IMG/VR virus record: IMGVR_UViG_3300024354_000052
Coordinates: 1-31,216 of that record
Reading direction: 5' to 3' (one strand)
Source of the DNA: a virus
Lineage: Duplodnaviria > Caudoviricetes
Length of the DNA: 31,216 nucleotides
This document shows positions 1 through 9,591 of this stretch, in pieces; position 1 is the stretch's first letter, and each line of letters begins with the position of its first letter. Made by a program: the position numbers and the translations under genes. The notes below the pieces were generated by a model. It was not told the DNA's origin. It saw nothing but the letters and a program-made list of their open reading frames with translations, and made no database searches.

Positions 1-248
1 CCAAGCGCAGATTGCTTGATTTCGAGGCCGTATTCCTTCGCATAGACGCGAGCCTGATACACGGCCTGCAGCATATCCTTGGCGTAGGTGCTGACCGAAG
101 TAGCGTCGGTGTTGGGGAACCACCACTCGCTTTCGACACCGGGAAAGATTTCGCCGGAAATCGTCACGCGACCTGCACGGTCAGCGGTGATGGAGAGGCC
201 GAGGGAGGCAGCGCGCTTGATGGTGGCGTGGTGAATGGTCTGTGTCAT
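1..248 (-). CDS. Hypothetical phage protein, 3'-truncated by the window edge (MTQTIHHATIKRAASLGLSITADRAGRVTISGEIFPG...)
   Basis: Hand translation: minus-strand ATG at 248 preceded by a GAGAAAGGA RBS, open to position 1. Not in the ORF track because there is no stop in the window. Confidence 0.75.
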   Translation of the reverse strand, partial: MTQTIHHATIKRAASLGLSITADRAGRVTISGEIFPGVESEWWFPNTDATSVSTYAKDMLQAVYQARVYAKEYGLEIKQSAL

Positions 249-289
249 CGTAAGGTCCTTTCTCTATCCGGCCCGATCGCCGTATTTGT

Positions 290-318
290 ATTAGAACACA
301 ACGCGTTTTGTTTTACAA
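290..318 (-). promoter_or_regulatory. Sigma70-like leftward promoter (TTGTAA-17nt-TCTAAT with extended TG)
   Basis: Minus strand: -35 at 318-313 and -10 at 295-290, 17-nt spacer, about 40 nt upstream of the ATG at 248. Confidence 0.55.
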
Positions 319-588
319 TATACCCCATTTCGAGGGGTGGAGAAGTACCCGCGCCGAGGGGGATCGAAGATATGATAGGTAAGGTGTACTGACCTACTGC
401 GAGGCGCAAAACGGGTGCAAAAGAACTGGAGGAGGCCGAGTGCGTGCACAAGGGGTGCTCAAAGCGTTAATTGTGCGTAACGCTGTGCGGACAGTTTGTG
501 CATAAACCAGGCGCGAGAGTGTCGGCGCGACGCGGGTCGAGAGAGACAGCGACCCCTGTGCACACCTACACACTTCAATTTATTACAC

Positions 589-646
589 AAGAGAGAGAGA
601 GAGAGAGAGAGAGTAAAAAGAAAAGGGGGGGAAAAGAAGAGGGGAG
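589..646. repeat. (GA)11 microsatellite within a ~58-nt almost pure purine tract
   Basis: Directly visible: GA repeats at 591-612 followed by A/G runs, with only one T (614). Confidence 0.9.
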
Positions 647-863
647 CGTATCTTTGTGCCGTTGCAAATGATTATATGTGCAGGGTGTGCAGACTGATCT
701 GTGAGAGCGCCCTCCCTCGGGCTCTTTTCTCGGCGTCTGCGCTGCGTCAGGGGTCAAAGTGCGTCCGCATTTTTTGACCGCCCTCTCTCGCGCTTTCTTG
801 CGGCTTCGTGGCTTCGCGTGCTTTTATGCGTCATGCCTTCATTTTGTTGCATCGAGGTTCCGC

Positions 864-1415
864 ATGCCTGAATTGCAAATCAAGCTGCCACTGCTGCCTG
901 ATAAACCAATCGTGTATGAGACTCGCTCAGGCAAAAAGCCGATGACCGAGTTCACGGAAGAGCGCAAACGCGTGTTCCTCGAACACTTGGCTCAGTATCC
1001 CACCGTCGTTGATGCGGCTGAGGCTGCAGGCATCACGGCACGCACTGCGTTTTTGCATCGGCGCGAAGATGCTGAATTCGCGAAGCAGTGGGAAGACGCA
1101 TTCAATGCCGGTGTGGCCGTGCTTGAACGTGAAGCGGTTCGTCGCGCCACAGTCGGTGTTCAAGAGCCGATGCTCTACAAGGGTGAAGTAGTTCACCACG
1201 TGACGAAGTACAGCGACACGCTGCTTCAGTTCCTGTTGCGTGCGCATAAGCCAGAGATGTACACCGAGCGCAAAATCAGCGAAGTGACCGGCAAGAATGG
1301 TGGCCCGGTTCAGACTGAGGCTCGCACTGTCATCGACGCGGAGTCGCTCACACCCGATCAGCGTGAAGCTCTGCGCACTGCGTTGCTCGCTGCACGAGGT
1401 GAACTCGAAGAATAA
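864..1415 (+). CDS. terS: Terminase small subunit
   Basis: HTH-like FLEHLAQYPTVVDAAEAAGIT, 'YSDTLLQFLLRAHKPEMY' and the 'EVTGKNGGPVQ' tail typical of TerS. Directly upstream of terL. ATG 864 with a GAGG RBS is preferred to the GTG at 759. Confidence 0.85.
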   Translation: MPELQIKLPLLPDKPIVYETRSGKKPMTEFTEERKRVFLEHLAQYPTVVDAAEAAGITARTAFLHRREDAEFAKQWEDAFNAGVAVLEREAVRRATVGVQEPMLYKGEVVHHVTKYSDTLLQFLLRAHKPEMYTERKISEVTGKNGGPVQTEARTVIDAESLTPDQREALRTALLAARGELEE

Positions 1416-1433
1416 CCGGCTAGGGGGTGAATT

Positions 1434-3122
1434 GTGAAACTGGTTCAGCTGGATGGGAAGCTTATCGATTCTGACGAGACGTTGAGGAATATCGATCGCA
1501 TTGAATGCGAAGAGACCCTGTACACATTCCTGCGTAACGCGTGGCGCTACATTGATTCGTCCCCATTCGTCGATGGCTGGCCCATTGAGGCTGTAGCTGA
1601 ACACTTGCAGGCTGTCTGCGACGGCGAGATTCGCCGACTGATCATCAATATTCCGCCACGCTGTGCTAAGTCGAGCCTGACTTCTGTGGCCTTTCCGGCC
1701 TGGGTCTGGGCGCAACGCCACATCAGCCCGACCAGTGGCCCTGGCGTGCAGTTCCTCCACGCGTCTTACGCTCAGCAGCTGAGCTTCCGCGACAGCGTGA
1801 AGTGTCGCCGGTTGATCGAGTCACCCTGGTACCAGGACCTCTGGGGCGGACGATTTCAGCTCACCAGCGACCAGAACACCAAGACTCGGTTCGATAACGA
1901 CAAGGGCGGTTCTCGCCTCTCGACGTCCGTGGGTTCAGCCCTGACCGGCGAAGGTGGTTCGATCATCGTGGTCGATGACCCGAATGGCGCCCAGGATGCC
2001 TTCTCCGAAGCGGTCATCGACGCGACCATCGAATGGTGGGATGGCGCCCTGTCCACCCGTCTGAATGACCCCAAGACCGGCGCATTCGTCGTTATTCAGC
2101 AGCGCCTGTCGGAAGAGGACCTGACCGGCCACATTATGGGAAGCAAGCAGTCGGGTGACTGGACGCACCTGTGCCTGCCGATGCGCTATGAACCTGACCG
2201 CAGCTTCGTCACCACCATTGGCTGGAAAGACCCGCGCACTGAGCCCGGCGAGCTGCTGTGGGCTGATCGCTTCGGTGAGGACGAGGTACGCCAGCTCGAG
2301 GTCCAGATGGGGCCGTGGAAGGCTGCCGGTCAGCTGCAGCAGCGCCCTGAGCCACCGGGGGGCGGTGTCATTAAGCGCGAGTGGTGGCAGCTCTGGGAGG
2401 CCGGTTCATATCCGCCTATGGATTACGTGATCGCCAGTCTCGACACCGCCTACACCACACGGACCGAGAACGACTATTCCGCCCTGACGGTCTGGGGCGT
2501 GTTCAGTGGGGGCCACAGCGCGCCGACACCCGCCTACACGAAGCGCGACCAGAAGCTGCCTAGGGCGCAGCAGCAGGAGCAGTCCGACTTGTTCGACGAG
2601 GCGGTGCAGATGAAGTTCCCCAACTCGCCGTCTTCGGGTGGCGACATTCCGCGCGTTATCCTGATGAATGCCTGGATGGAGCGCGTCGAGCTTCATGATC
2701 TGGTCGTCAAAGTGGCCGACACCTGTCGCAAGATGAAGGTGGATAAGCTGATCATCGAGAATAAAGCTGCCGGTCACTCCGTGGCCCAGGAGCTTCGGCG
2801 CCTATTCGGCCACGAGCCCTGGATGGTGCAGCTGATCGACCCCAAGAGCCAGGACAAGCTGGCGCGTCTATATTCGGTTCAGCATCTGTTCGCCGAGGGT
2901 ATGGTCTATGCTCCTGACCGGGCTTGGGCTGATCAGGTGATTACGCAGGTCGGCACGTTCCCCAAAGGAAAGCACGACGATTTGGTGGACACGGTGAGCA
3001 TGTCGCTCCGCCACCTGCGCGATCTTGGATTACTGACCCGCGCACCTGAGTGGGCCGCTGAGGTTCACGACGGTATGTTTCACCGTGGGCGCCGCGAGCT
3101 TCCACCGTTGTATGAAGTTTGA
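1434..3122 (+). CDS. terL: Terminase large subunit
   Basis: Walker A-like INIPPRCAKS, Walker B IIVVDD, QQR coupling motif, and RNase H-like nuclease residues (SLDTA, IIENKAAG, HDDLVD). Confidence 0.95.
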   Translation: MKLVQLDGKLIDSDETLRNIDRIECEETLYTFLRNAWRYIDSSPFVDGWPIEAVAEHLQAVCDGEIRRLIINIPPRCAKSSLTSVAFPAWVWAQRHISPTSGPGVQFLHASYAQQLSFRDSVKCRRLIESPWYQDLWGGRFQLTSDQNTKTRFDNDKGGSRLSTSVGSALTGEGGSIIVVDDPNGAQDAFSEAVIDATIEWWDGALSTRLNDPKTGAFVVIQQRLSEEDLTGHIMGSKQSGDWTHLCLPMRYEPDRSFVTTIGWKDPRTEPGELLWADRFGEDEVRQLEVQMGPWKAAGQLQQRPEPPGGGVIKREWWQLWEAGSYPPMDYVIASLDTAYTTRTENDYSALTVWGVFSGGHSAPTPAYTKRDQKLPRAQQQEQSDLFDEAVQMKFPNSPSSGGDIPRVILMNAWMERVELHDLVVKVADTCRKMKVDKLIIENKAAGHSVAQELRRLFGHEPWMVQLIDPKSQDKLARLYSVQHLFAEGMVYAPDRAWADQVITQVGTFPKGKHDDLVDTVSMSLRHLRDLGLLTRAPEWAAEVHDGMFHRGRRELPPLYEV

Positions 3123-3136
3123 ACAGGTGCTATGTT
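3108..3136 (+). promoter_or_regulatory. Possible promoter for the portal operon (TTGTAT-17nt-TATGTT, extended TG)
   Basis: Spacing and position just upstream of the GAGGAG RBS of the portal gene. Confidence 0.3.
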
Positions 3137-3158
3137 ATGCCCGTGAGGAGTCAAGCCA

Positions 3159-5489
3159 ATGGCCCTAGTACCCGGTCTCTCGCCTAACATTCGGATTCCA
3201 GCACCCGAGCCTGACGCCATGCCTGAGGCACAGGACGTCGTGGTAGAGGATGCCGATGAAGAGTCGGATATTCCGGAGTTCGACGATGCCGGGAACCTCC
3301 TCAGAATCGATCATCCAGATGGCAGCATCTCCATCAGCATCGACGGGTCGCCGCTAGCTAAGGCGCAGGACGCCAAGCCCACTGGCTGGTTCGACAATCT
3401 GGTAGATCAGATCGGCGAGATGGAGCTAAGCCGCATCAGTGAAGAGCTGTTGCGCGGCATCCGCGACGACATCACGAGCCGGAATGACTGGATTGAGGAC
3501 CGCGCGACGGGTCTTAAGCTGCTGGGTCTCAAGATCGAGATTCCGGGCTTGGGCGGTAGTGTCGAGGGCGCTCCGGTTGAAGGCATGTCCAAGGTGCGGC
3601 ATCCACTGCTGCTGGAGGCTGTGCTGCGCTTCCAGGCTAATGCACGTTCTGAGCTCCTGCCGACTGATGGGCCGGTCAAAGTGCGGAATGACGCGGTAAG
3701 GACCACGCTGCAGCAGAATGAGCTCGCCGATGCGCTGGAGAAGGACCTCAATCACTACCTGACGGCGATCGCCACGGAGTACTATCCCGACACGGACCGC
3801 ATGCTGCTGATGCTGGGATTCGGCGGCACGGCCTTCAAGAAGGTCTATTACTGCCCTCTTCGGAACCGGCCCGTCAGCGAGACCGTTGATGCCGAAGACC
3901 TGATCGTCAACAATGCGGCGACTGATCTTGAGAATGCGAAGCGCGTTACGCATCGCGTGTACATGCGCCCAAGCACTGTGAAGCGTCTGCAGATTCTCGG
4001 TGTCTATCGCGATATCGACCTCAGCGTACCCAACGCGCCGAATCTGGATAGCGTGCAGCGTGAGGAGATGGCGCAGCAGGGCATCGCACCTGAGACCATG
4101 AACCCGGATGACCGGGACCGCGAAATCTACGAGTGCTACTGTGAGCTCAATATTCAGGGTTTCGAGCACAAGTGGAAGGGCAAGGACACGGGTCTTGAGA
4201 TTCCGTATCGTGTGACGATCGATGTCTCATCGCGTAAGATTCTGTCCATCGTGCGGAATTACAATGAGGACTGCGAGCGTCTGCCCACCGCGCGCAGCAA
4301 CTTCGTAAAGTACACCTTTACACCCGGCTTCGGTTTCTACGATATCGGACTGTTGCACATCCTCGGTAACACCACCAATGCGGTGACCGCTGCGTGGCGC
4401 GAATTGCTTGACGCGGGTATGTACGCCAACTTCCCAGGCTTCCTGTTCGCCGATGCCGGTGCGCGTCAGAACACCAACATCTTCCGCGTACCTCCTGGCG
4501 GTGGCGCCCTGGTGAAGACCAACGGCATGCCGATCCAGCAGGCGATCATGCCGCTGCCGTACAAGGAGCCCAGTGGCGCTTTGATGTCGTTGGTGGAGAA
4601 TATCGCGCAAACCGGCATGCGGATCGGCGGCACCAGTGAAATGGTGGTAGGCGAAGGCAGGCAAGATGCGCCAGTCGGAACTACCCTCGCCATGATTGAG
4701 CAGGCGCAGAAAGTACTGAATTCGGTGCACAAGCGTCTGCACGCCTCGCAGGCACGTGAATTTCAGCTGTTGGTGGACTGCTTCCGTGAGCACCCGGAAA
4801 GCCTGTGGGAGCGCAATAACAAGTGCGTGGGCCAATGGGACGAGCAGACATTGGTGCAGGCACTGAACGACTGCGAATTGGTGCCGCAGGCTGACCCCAA
4901 CACAGCCAGCCACACCCAGCGTATCATGAAGATCATGGCGCTGAAGCAACTGCAGCAAGCGCAGCCTGGGCTGTACGACCCGATCGCCATCGACACGGCG
5001 GCGCTGCGTGCGATTGGCTGGAGCAATCCAGAGCAGTTCCTCGCGCCTCCGTCTGCCCAGGGCAAGCCGCCGCCCGAGCTTATGGAGAAAATGGCGAATC
5101 TCGAGATCAAGAAGCAGGATGCCGACACCCGAGCCAAGGTGGCGGATGCGAAGATTACCGAGATAGCCGCTAAGACGCAGCATCTGGCCACGGGCGGCAT
5201 GGCTGGGGAACCCGGTCTCGGTGCAGCTGAAGTGGACATCAAGGCCATGGATGCGCAGAACAAGGCCGAGCAGCTTCGGTTCTCGATGCTAAATGCTGCA
5301 GCCGATGCCGTGAACCGGGCTGAAGATCGTGATGCCGACATCAAAATCGAGCGCATGAAGCTTGAGCGTCAACGCATGAGGGACGCTGAGGATCGTGAGC
5401 ACGAGCGCGAGATGCAGGAACGTGAGCATCACCTACATCAGGCGAAACAGGTACTTGCCGCCATAACACGACAAGGTAAACCGCAATGA
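3159..5489 (+). CDS. Portal protein with long C-terminal helical/coiled-coil extension
   Basis: 776 aa directly after terL. Contains HPLLLEAVLRFQA, GTAFKKVYY, PGFGFYDIGL and PLPYKEPS motifs seen in podovirus-type portals, and a charged helical C-terminus. Confidence 0.9.
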   Translation: MALVPGLSPNIRIPAPEPDAMPEAQDVVVEDADEESDIPEFDDAGNLLRIDHPDGSISISIDGSPLAKAQDAKPTGWFDNLVDQIGEMELSRISEELLRGIRDDITSRNDWIEDRATGLKLLGLKIEIPGLGGSVEGAPVEGMSKVRHPLLLEAVLRFQANARSELLPTDGPVKVRNDAVRTTLQQNELADALEKDLNHYLTAIATEYYPDTDRMLLMLGFGGTAFKKVYYCPLRNRPVSETVDAEDLIVNNAATDLENAKRVTHRVYMRPSTVKRLQILGVYRDIDLSVPNAPNLDSVQREEMAQQGIAPETMNPDDRDREIYECYCELNIQGFEHKWKGKDTGLEIPYRVTIDVSSRKILSIVRNYNEDCERLPTARSNFVKYTFTPGFGFYDIGLLHILGNTTNAVTAAWRELLDAGMYANFPGFLFADAGARQNTNIFRVPPGGGALVKTNGMPIQQAIMPLPYKEPSGALMSLVENIAQTGMRIGGTSEMVVGEGRQDAPVGTTLAMIEQAQKVLNSVHKRLHASQAREFQLLVDCFREHPESLWERNNKCVGQWDEQTLVQALNDCELVPQADPNTASHTQRIMKIMALKQLQQAQPGLYDPIAIDTAALRAIGWSNPEQFLAPPSAQGKPPPELMEKMANLEIKKQDADTRAKVADAKITEIAAKTQHLATGGMAGEPGLGAAEVDIKAMDAQNKAEQLRFSMLNAAADAVNRAEDRDADIKIERMKLERQRMRDAEDREHEREMQEREHHLHQAKQVLAAITRQGKPQ

Positions 5490-8152
5490 GCGATACCGCG
5501 ATCAAGAATGCCCTAAGAGCTGCTGGTCGCAAGGATAAGCTCCCCCGTGATCCCGAGTCGCGCATGCGACGTGCGGAAGAGCAGGGCTTCACCGAAGATG
5601 TATATCACGTAACCAAGTCGCGTAAGCCTATCACGCGCTTCAAGCCCTACAGCAATCTGGTGACTTCGGGCGAGCCCATCGACGAAGTGCCGGGTATTCA
5701 TGTGGGCACCAAGGAGGCGGCGGCTGATCGCTTTGAGCAAGTGATCACGCACGCTCGCAATTGGGAACCGCGCGAGCCTGTTATGCAGACCATGCCGCTC
5801 AAAATGCGCATGAGCAAGCCATACTTGAAGGCAGACGGAACACCCTTTGATGAGTTCGAATTGAGCTCCCACATCCAGGATTTTGGTAGGAAGAATCCGG
5901 GTGAAGGTGTGCCGGGCGAACGGTTCGCTAAGCACTTGCTCGACCAAGGGCACGATGTGATTCCGTATGTGAATCAATTCGAGACTCCGGGCAGCATAAG
6001 CTACTTGGTGCTGAAGCCCGAAAATTTGCGTTCACGTTTTGCCCAGTTCGATCCGGCGAAGGTCGATAGCCCTTATATCATGAAGGCTGCGGGTGGCCCC
6101 GTTGACCATGACAAGGCAATTCGCAAAGCTCTACTCACTGCGCGTCGTCAGGCTGCGTATGGCGGAGCGTACGGCCCTGCAGGATACAGCGCCCCACTCA
6201 CTGAAGAAGAATTAGATCAGTCGCAAGCAGGTGGCGATGTTGGCCCAGGCATGGCTGGCCCTCCTGGCGCTCCTAGCACTGGCGATTTTGGTACTGATGT
6301 CGCCAGCTTCGCCGAAGCCACTGCGCCTGCGATGGCTGGTGCAGCAATCGGCGCTGCCATGGGTGGCCCTGCTGGTGCTATAGGCGGTCTTGCTGCTGCT
6401 TCCATGGCGCAGGGGCTTGCGGAAGCTACAGGGCTTTCGGCGCCTGCGAGCGCACCTCCTGGCGGAATTGCAAGTGTGGCGGGCAATATGGCTCAGACGG
6501 CCATGGGCATGACGCCAAACAGCAACCCGCTGGATGCGGCGATGGCTGCGATCACTGGACCCGCTGCTCCTGCTGATGTTGAGGATGCTGATCAGGGTGC
6601 TGCTCAAGCCGCTGCTGCAGCTGCAGCACAGGCTGCTGCCGAAGCCGATAACGCCAATTCAGCTTCCGAGGCTGCGACTGCCGATGCCGCTGGACCCGGA
6701 GACGATAGCGGTGGAGGCGAAGGAGGCGGCGATGGGGGTGGCGGAGGAGCGGGCGGCGATGGTGAAGCTCGTGGTGGGCGTATATACAAACGTGATGACG
6801 AGAATTTCTCGAAGTGGTTCAAAAATAGCCACATCGTAGATGAATCGGGCAATCCCGCTGTTCTGTATCACGGCACGGACAAAGACATTAAGACATTCGA
6901 CCCGAAAAAAGTCGGGGAAACCGATCACGGGTTTTATGGAGCGGGGCATTATTTGACCGCCAGCCCCGAGTCTGCATCTGCTTACTCCAGCTACAAGAGT
7001 ACAGCGGCTATGGAGGGAAAAGAGGTGCATCCGGGTGCAAATGTGATGCCCGTTTATGCGCGTCTTGAGAACCCTTATTACTGGCCCAAAGATCGCCCCG
7101 CTGCCACGAGTAAGGAAGAAGCCCAAAAGATAACAGAGGAGCTGAAGGCAAAGGGACATGACGGAGTTATAGCTCCGAATGAATATGCAGAGGGGCCAGA
7201 GGCTAAATTCTGGGAGGTGGTTGTGTTTACTCCTCACCAGATTAAGTCGGCTGTGGGGAACGTTGGCTCTTATAACCCTTCGAATCCGGATATAACCCGC
7301 GCCGATGGTGGTGCTGTTGACGGTGACCCGTTTTTGTCCAGTCAAGTGCCGATTGAGGGTGTGAACGGCGCCACGTATGTGTCGCAGGGTGATCTGGATA
7401 ACCGCATTCAGCAAGCCGCCAATGGAATGGGCTACGCTAATGGTGGCGAAGTACCCACCGAAGCCGAAAACACGTATGACGAAGAGCTTCGCCAGTCTGA
7501 TCCGTGGGAACGTCAAGCCGCTGCAGTACGGCAAAGATATGCAAATGTTGCTCGTGAACCCGAGCAAGCCCAAGAGCAGGCATGGCAAGAGCGTAATTGG
7601 CGCAGGTGGCCGCTAACCGAGGGTGAAGAGGCTTCGCAACGTGCTTTTCGGGAAGCTCTGGTGGGCAGTTCGAGCGGTGGTCGTGACGCTATTCGCCACA
7701 TGGTGGCCGCTTCATATACTTCGCCTCTGGTAGCGAGAGCGCAAGAGATAATCGGTGGCGATACTTGGAACGCCATGATGGGTCGTCCTGATTCTCAGTG
7801 GGACCTCATCAATAACCGATTGGGCTACACTGCGTTATCCGGAATAGACCCAGAGCGTCGATACGACGTGGCGAAAGACATGGTGAGACAGCAATATGAG
7901 CATTTGGCTCGCACGGGTGGTCTTAACCCCAATCTCCCGGCTATGGACCCTAACTTCCGCGTCACTGACGTGGGTCGTCCAGGCCAGCCAACGTATGGTC
8001 CAAGCGATTTTGCGCGTTGGATCGAGACTGGCGAAAGGCCGGATATCAGGCGGCAAGTAATTCAGAAATCGCCCGGATATGAATCCGGAGGTAAAACTGA
8101 ATCTACAGGAATGCTTGACGCGGCCTTGCGTTTGGCTTCAAAATATCGCTGA
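5486..8152 (+). CDS. Multidomain protein with two ART-PolyVal-like ADP-ribosyltransferase domains; probable internal virion/injected protein
   Basis: Domain 1 (~5540-6082): VYHVT...GIHVG...MPLKMRMSKP...GHDVI...NLRSRFAQFDP. Domain 2 (~6800-7297): LYHGT...GAGHYLT...VMPVYARLENP...GHDGVI...EVVVFTPHQIKSAVGNVGSY. Low-complexity linkers lie between. ATGA overlap with the portal stop. Confidence 0.75.
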   Translation: MSDTAIKNALRAAGRKDKLPRDPESRMRRAEEQGFTEDVYHVTKSRKPITRFKPYSNLVTSGEPIDEVPGIHVGTKEAAADRFEQVITHARNWEPREPVMQTMPLKMRMSKPYLKADGTPFDEFELSSHIQDFGRKNPGEGVPGERFAKHLLDQGHDVIPYVNQFETPGSISYLVLKPENLRSRFAQFDPAKVDSPYIMKAAGGPVDHDKAIRKALLTARRQAAYGGAYGPAGYSAPLTEEELDQSQAGGDVGPGMAGPPGAPSTGDFGTDVASFAEATAPAMAGAAIGAAMGGPAGAIGGLAAASMAQGLAEATGLSAPASAPPGGIASVAGNMAQTAMGMTPNSNPLDAAMAAITGPAAPADVEDADQGAAQAAAAAAAQAAAEADNANSASEAATADAAGPGDDSGGGEGGGDGGGGGAGGDGEARGGRIYKRDDENFSKWFKNSHIVDESGNPAVLYHGTDKDIKTFDPKKVGETDHGFYGAGHYLTASPESASAYSSYKSTAAMEGKEVHPGANVMPVYARLENPYYWPKDRPAATSKEEAQKITEELKAKGHDGVIAPNEYAEGPEAKFWEVVVFTPHQIKSAVGNVGSYNPSNPDITRADGGAVDGDPFLSSQVPIEGVNGATYVSQGDLDNRIQQAANGMGYANGGEVPTEAENTYDEELRQSDPWERQAAAVRQRYANVAREPEQAQEQAWQERNWRRWPLTEGEEASQRAFREALVGSSSGGRDAIRHMVAASYTSPLVARAQEIIGGDTWNAMMGRPDSQWDLINNRLGYTALSGIDPERRYDVAKDMVRQQYEHLARTGGLNPNLPAMDPNFRVTDVGRPGQPTYGPSDFARWIETGERPDIRRQVIQKSPGYESGGKTESTGMLDAALRLASKYR

Positions 8153-8226
8153 GGAGCTGCCCCTTATTCGCTGTGTTCTCATGGCAGCCCAGGGACGCCT
8201 GGACTATTTCTCCTAGGAGACCAGAT

Positions 8227-9474
8227 ATGACCGAACACGACGCAAAGAAAATCCGGGCGGACCGGGAGGCCAAGGCGAAGCGTCTTGGCTCCGCTGGTGA
8301 GCCGCATCAGAAGGTGGACGCGTCCTCTTGGACCCCACCGGAAATGATGAACACGGGGGCTAAGACGGGTCTTCGCCCTGTCTCGCCTCGTCAATACCGT
8401 CACGGGGGCACAGTGCATGGTGCAGCAGCCCATCGCGCTGATCGCAAGCCCCGCAAAACGGGCGGCGAAGCCACCAAGTACGCCGAAGCGAAGGTCAATC
8501 GCAACGTTAAGGAGGCCAATGCTGAACTCGGCAAGCCTCACGTGGGCGGCATGAAGAAGGGTGGCCGCGCGAAGAAGATGGACGGCGGTCAAATGACCGA
8601 TCCGAGGATGGCCGCGCAGGCCCTGATGGCCGCTGCGAATCGTCAAGCGAATGTGACGCCGAATCGTATGGACTTCAGTGGCCTTCGTCGGGGCCGTATG
8701 GCCCAGATGGCGGGGCTGAAGAAGGGCGGCAAGGTCAGCCATATGGAGTGGGAACACTCCAAGGCCGATCTTGAGCAGGACAAGAAGCTCGCCAAGAAGC
8801 ATGGTATGAGCATGGAGAAGTGGGAGAAATCCGCTCTCGATGCCAAGCACGACAAACAGCAGTCCACTGAAGGGCTGAAGAAGGGTGGCGTTGCCGGTAA
8901 TTACACTGGCGGCACCCGCCCGACTGGTGGCCGGATTGCAAAAGCTTCTGGTGGATATACCAAAGAAGCAATGCTGAAGCCCGGTGTATTAGATCAAATG
9001 GTTAAAAATGCTGAAAATGACGACGAGCTTCGTAAAATTGCTCGCGCCGTTGAAAAGCACGGGCTTTCTATGCCCCAGCAATTATCCGATGTTTCTACGG
9101 GCCGCATGGGCCGCAAGGCCGGTGGCCGCGCCAAGGGCAAGACCAACATTGTCATCGCCATCAATCCGGGTGCTGGTCAGCAACCCATGATGCAACCCGG
9201 TGGCGGTGCTATGCCTCCGCGTCCCGCGATGCCGGTTCCCGTGGCGCCTCCCGCGCCTCCTCCGGGTATGGGCGCGGCTCCTATGCCAATGCCGGTCCCG
9301 ATGCCCGTCCCGGCCCCTTCCGCAGGCCCCGCGCCTATGCCGGGCGGTATGCCTCCGATGGCTCGGGCCAAGGGTGGCCGTATCTATCCCAAGATGCGCG
9401 CTGGTGCCGGTAGTGGTGAAGGGCGGCTGCAGAAGATCGACGAGTATGGTCTGACGCCGCCTCGTCGGATTTGA
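8227..9474 (+). CDS. Basic low-complexity protein with many (K/R)xGG motifs and a Pro/Met-rich tail; putative internal head protein
   Basis: ATG 8227 with an AGGAGA RBS; located in the head module; composition. Confidence 0.7.
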   Translation: MTEHDAKKIRADREAKAKRLGSAGEPHQKVDASSWTPPEMMNTGAKTGLRPVSPRQYRHGGTVHGAAAHRADRKPRKTGGEATKYAEAKVNRNVKEANAELGKPHVGGMKKGGRAKKMDGGQMTDPRMAAQALMAAANRQANVTPNRMDFSGLRRGRMAQMAGLKKGGKVSHMEWEHSKADLEQDKKLAKKHGMSMEKWEKSALDAKHDKQQSTEGLKKGGVAGNYTGGTRPTGGRIAKASGGYTKEAMLKPGVLDQMVKNAENDDELRKIARAVEKHGLSMPQQLSDVSTGRMGRKAGGRAKGKTNIVIAINPGAGQQPMMQPGGGAMPPRPAMPVPVAPPAPPPGMGAAPMPMPVPMPVPAPSAGPAPMPGGMPPMARAKGGRIYPKMRAGAGSGEGRLQKIDEYGLTPPRRI

Positions 9475-9479
9475 TTTCG

Positions 9480-9591
9480 TCGGAGAGTTCTTTCTTATAA
9501 GAATCTCCGATGGAAGGGGGGTGGAGACGTTATTCCCCTATCGATCTCCACCCCTCAGATTACTAAATAGGGGGCAGCAATAGGGGGCTGC
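9480..9591 (+). promoter_or_regulatory. Structured intergenic leader (two long hairpins and a possible pseudoknot with the RBS)
   Basis: Stems TCGGAGA/TCTCCGA (9480-9510) and GGGGTGGAGA/TCTCCACCCC (9518-9554). Loop CCCCTAT is complementary to two ATAGGGG copies downstream. Confidence 0.55.

Noticed and set aside
12-392. 126-aa plus-strand ORF in the track
   Set aside because: It is the antisense shadow of the minus-strand gene starting at 248, which has an RBS and a promoter.
471-777. Short ORFs across the GA repeat (ERERER/LSLSLS)
   Set aside because: They are translations of the microsatellite, with no RBS or protein-like features.
1434-3122. Intein or intron in terL
   Set aside because: Normal gene length; no C/S...HN splice motifs or homing endonuclease signature.
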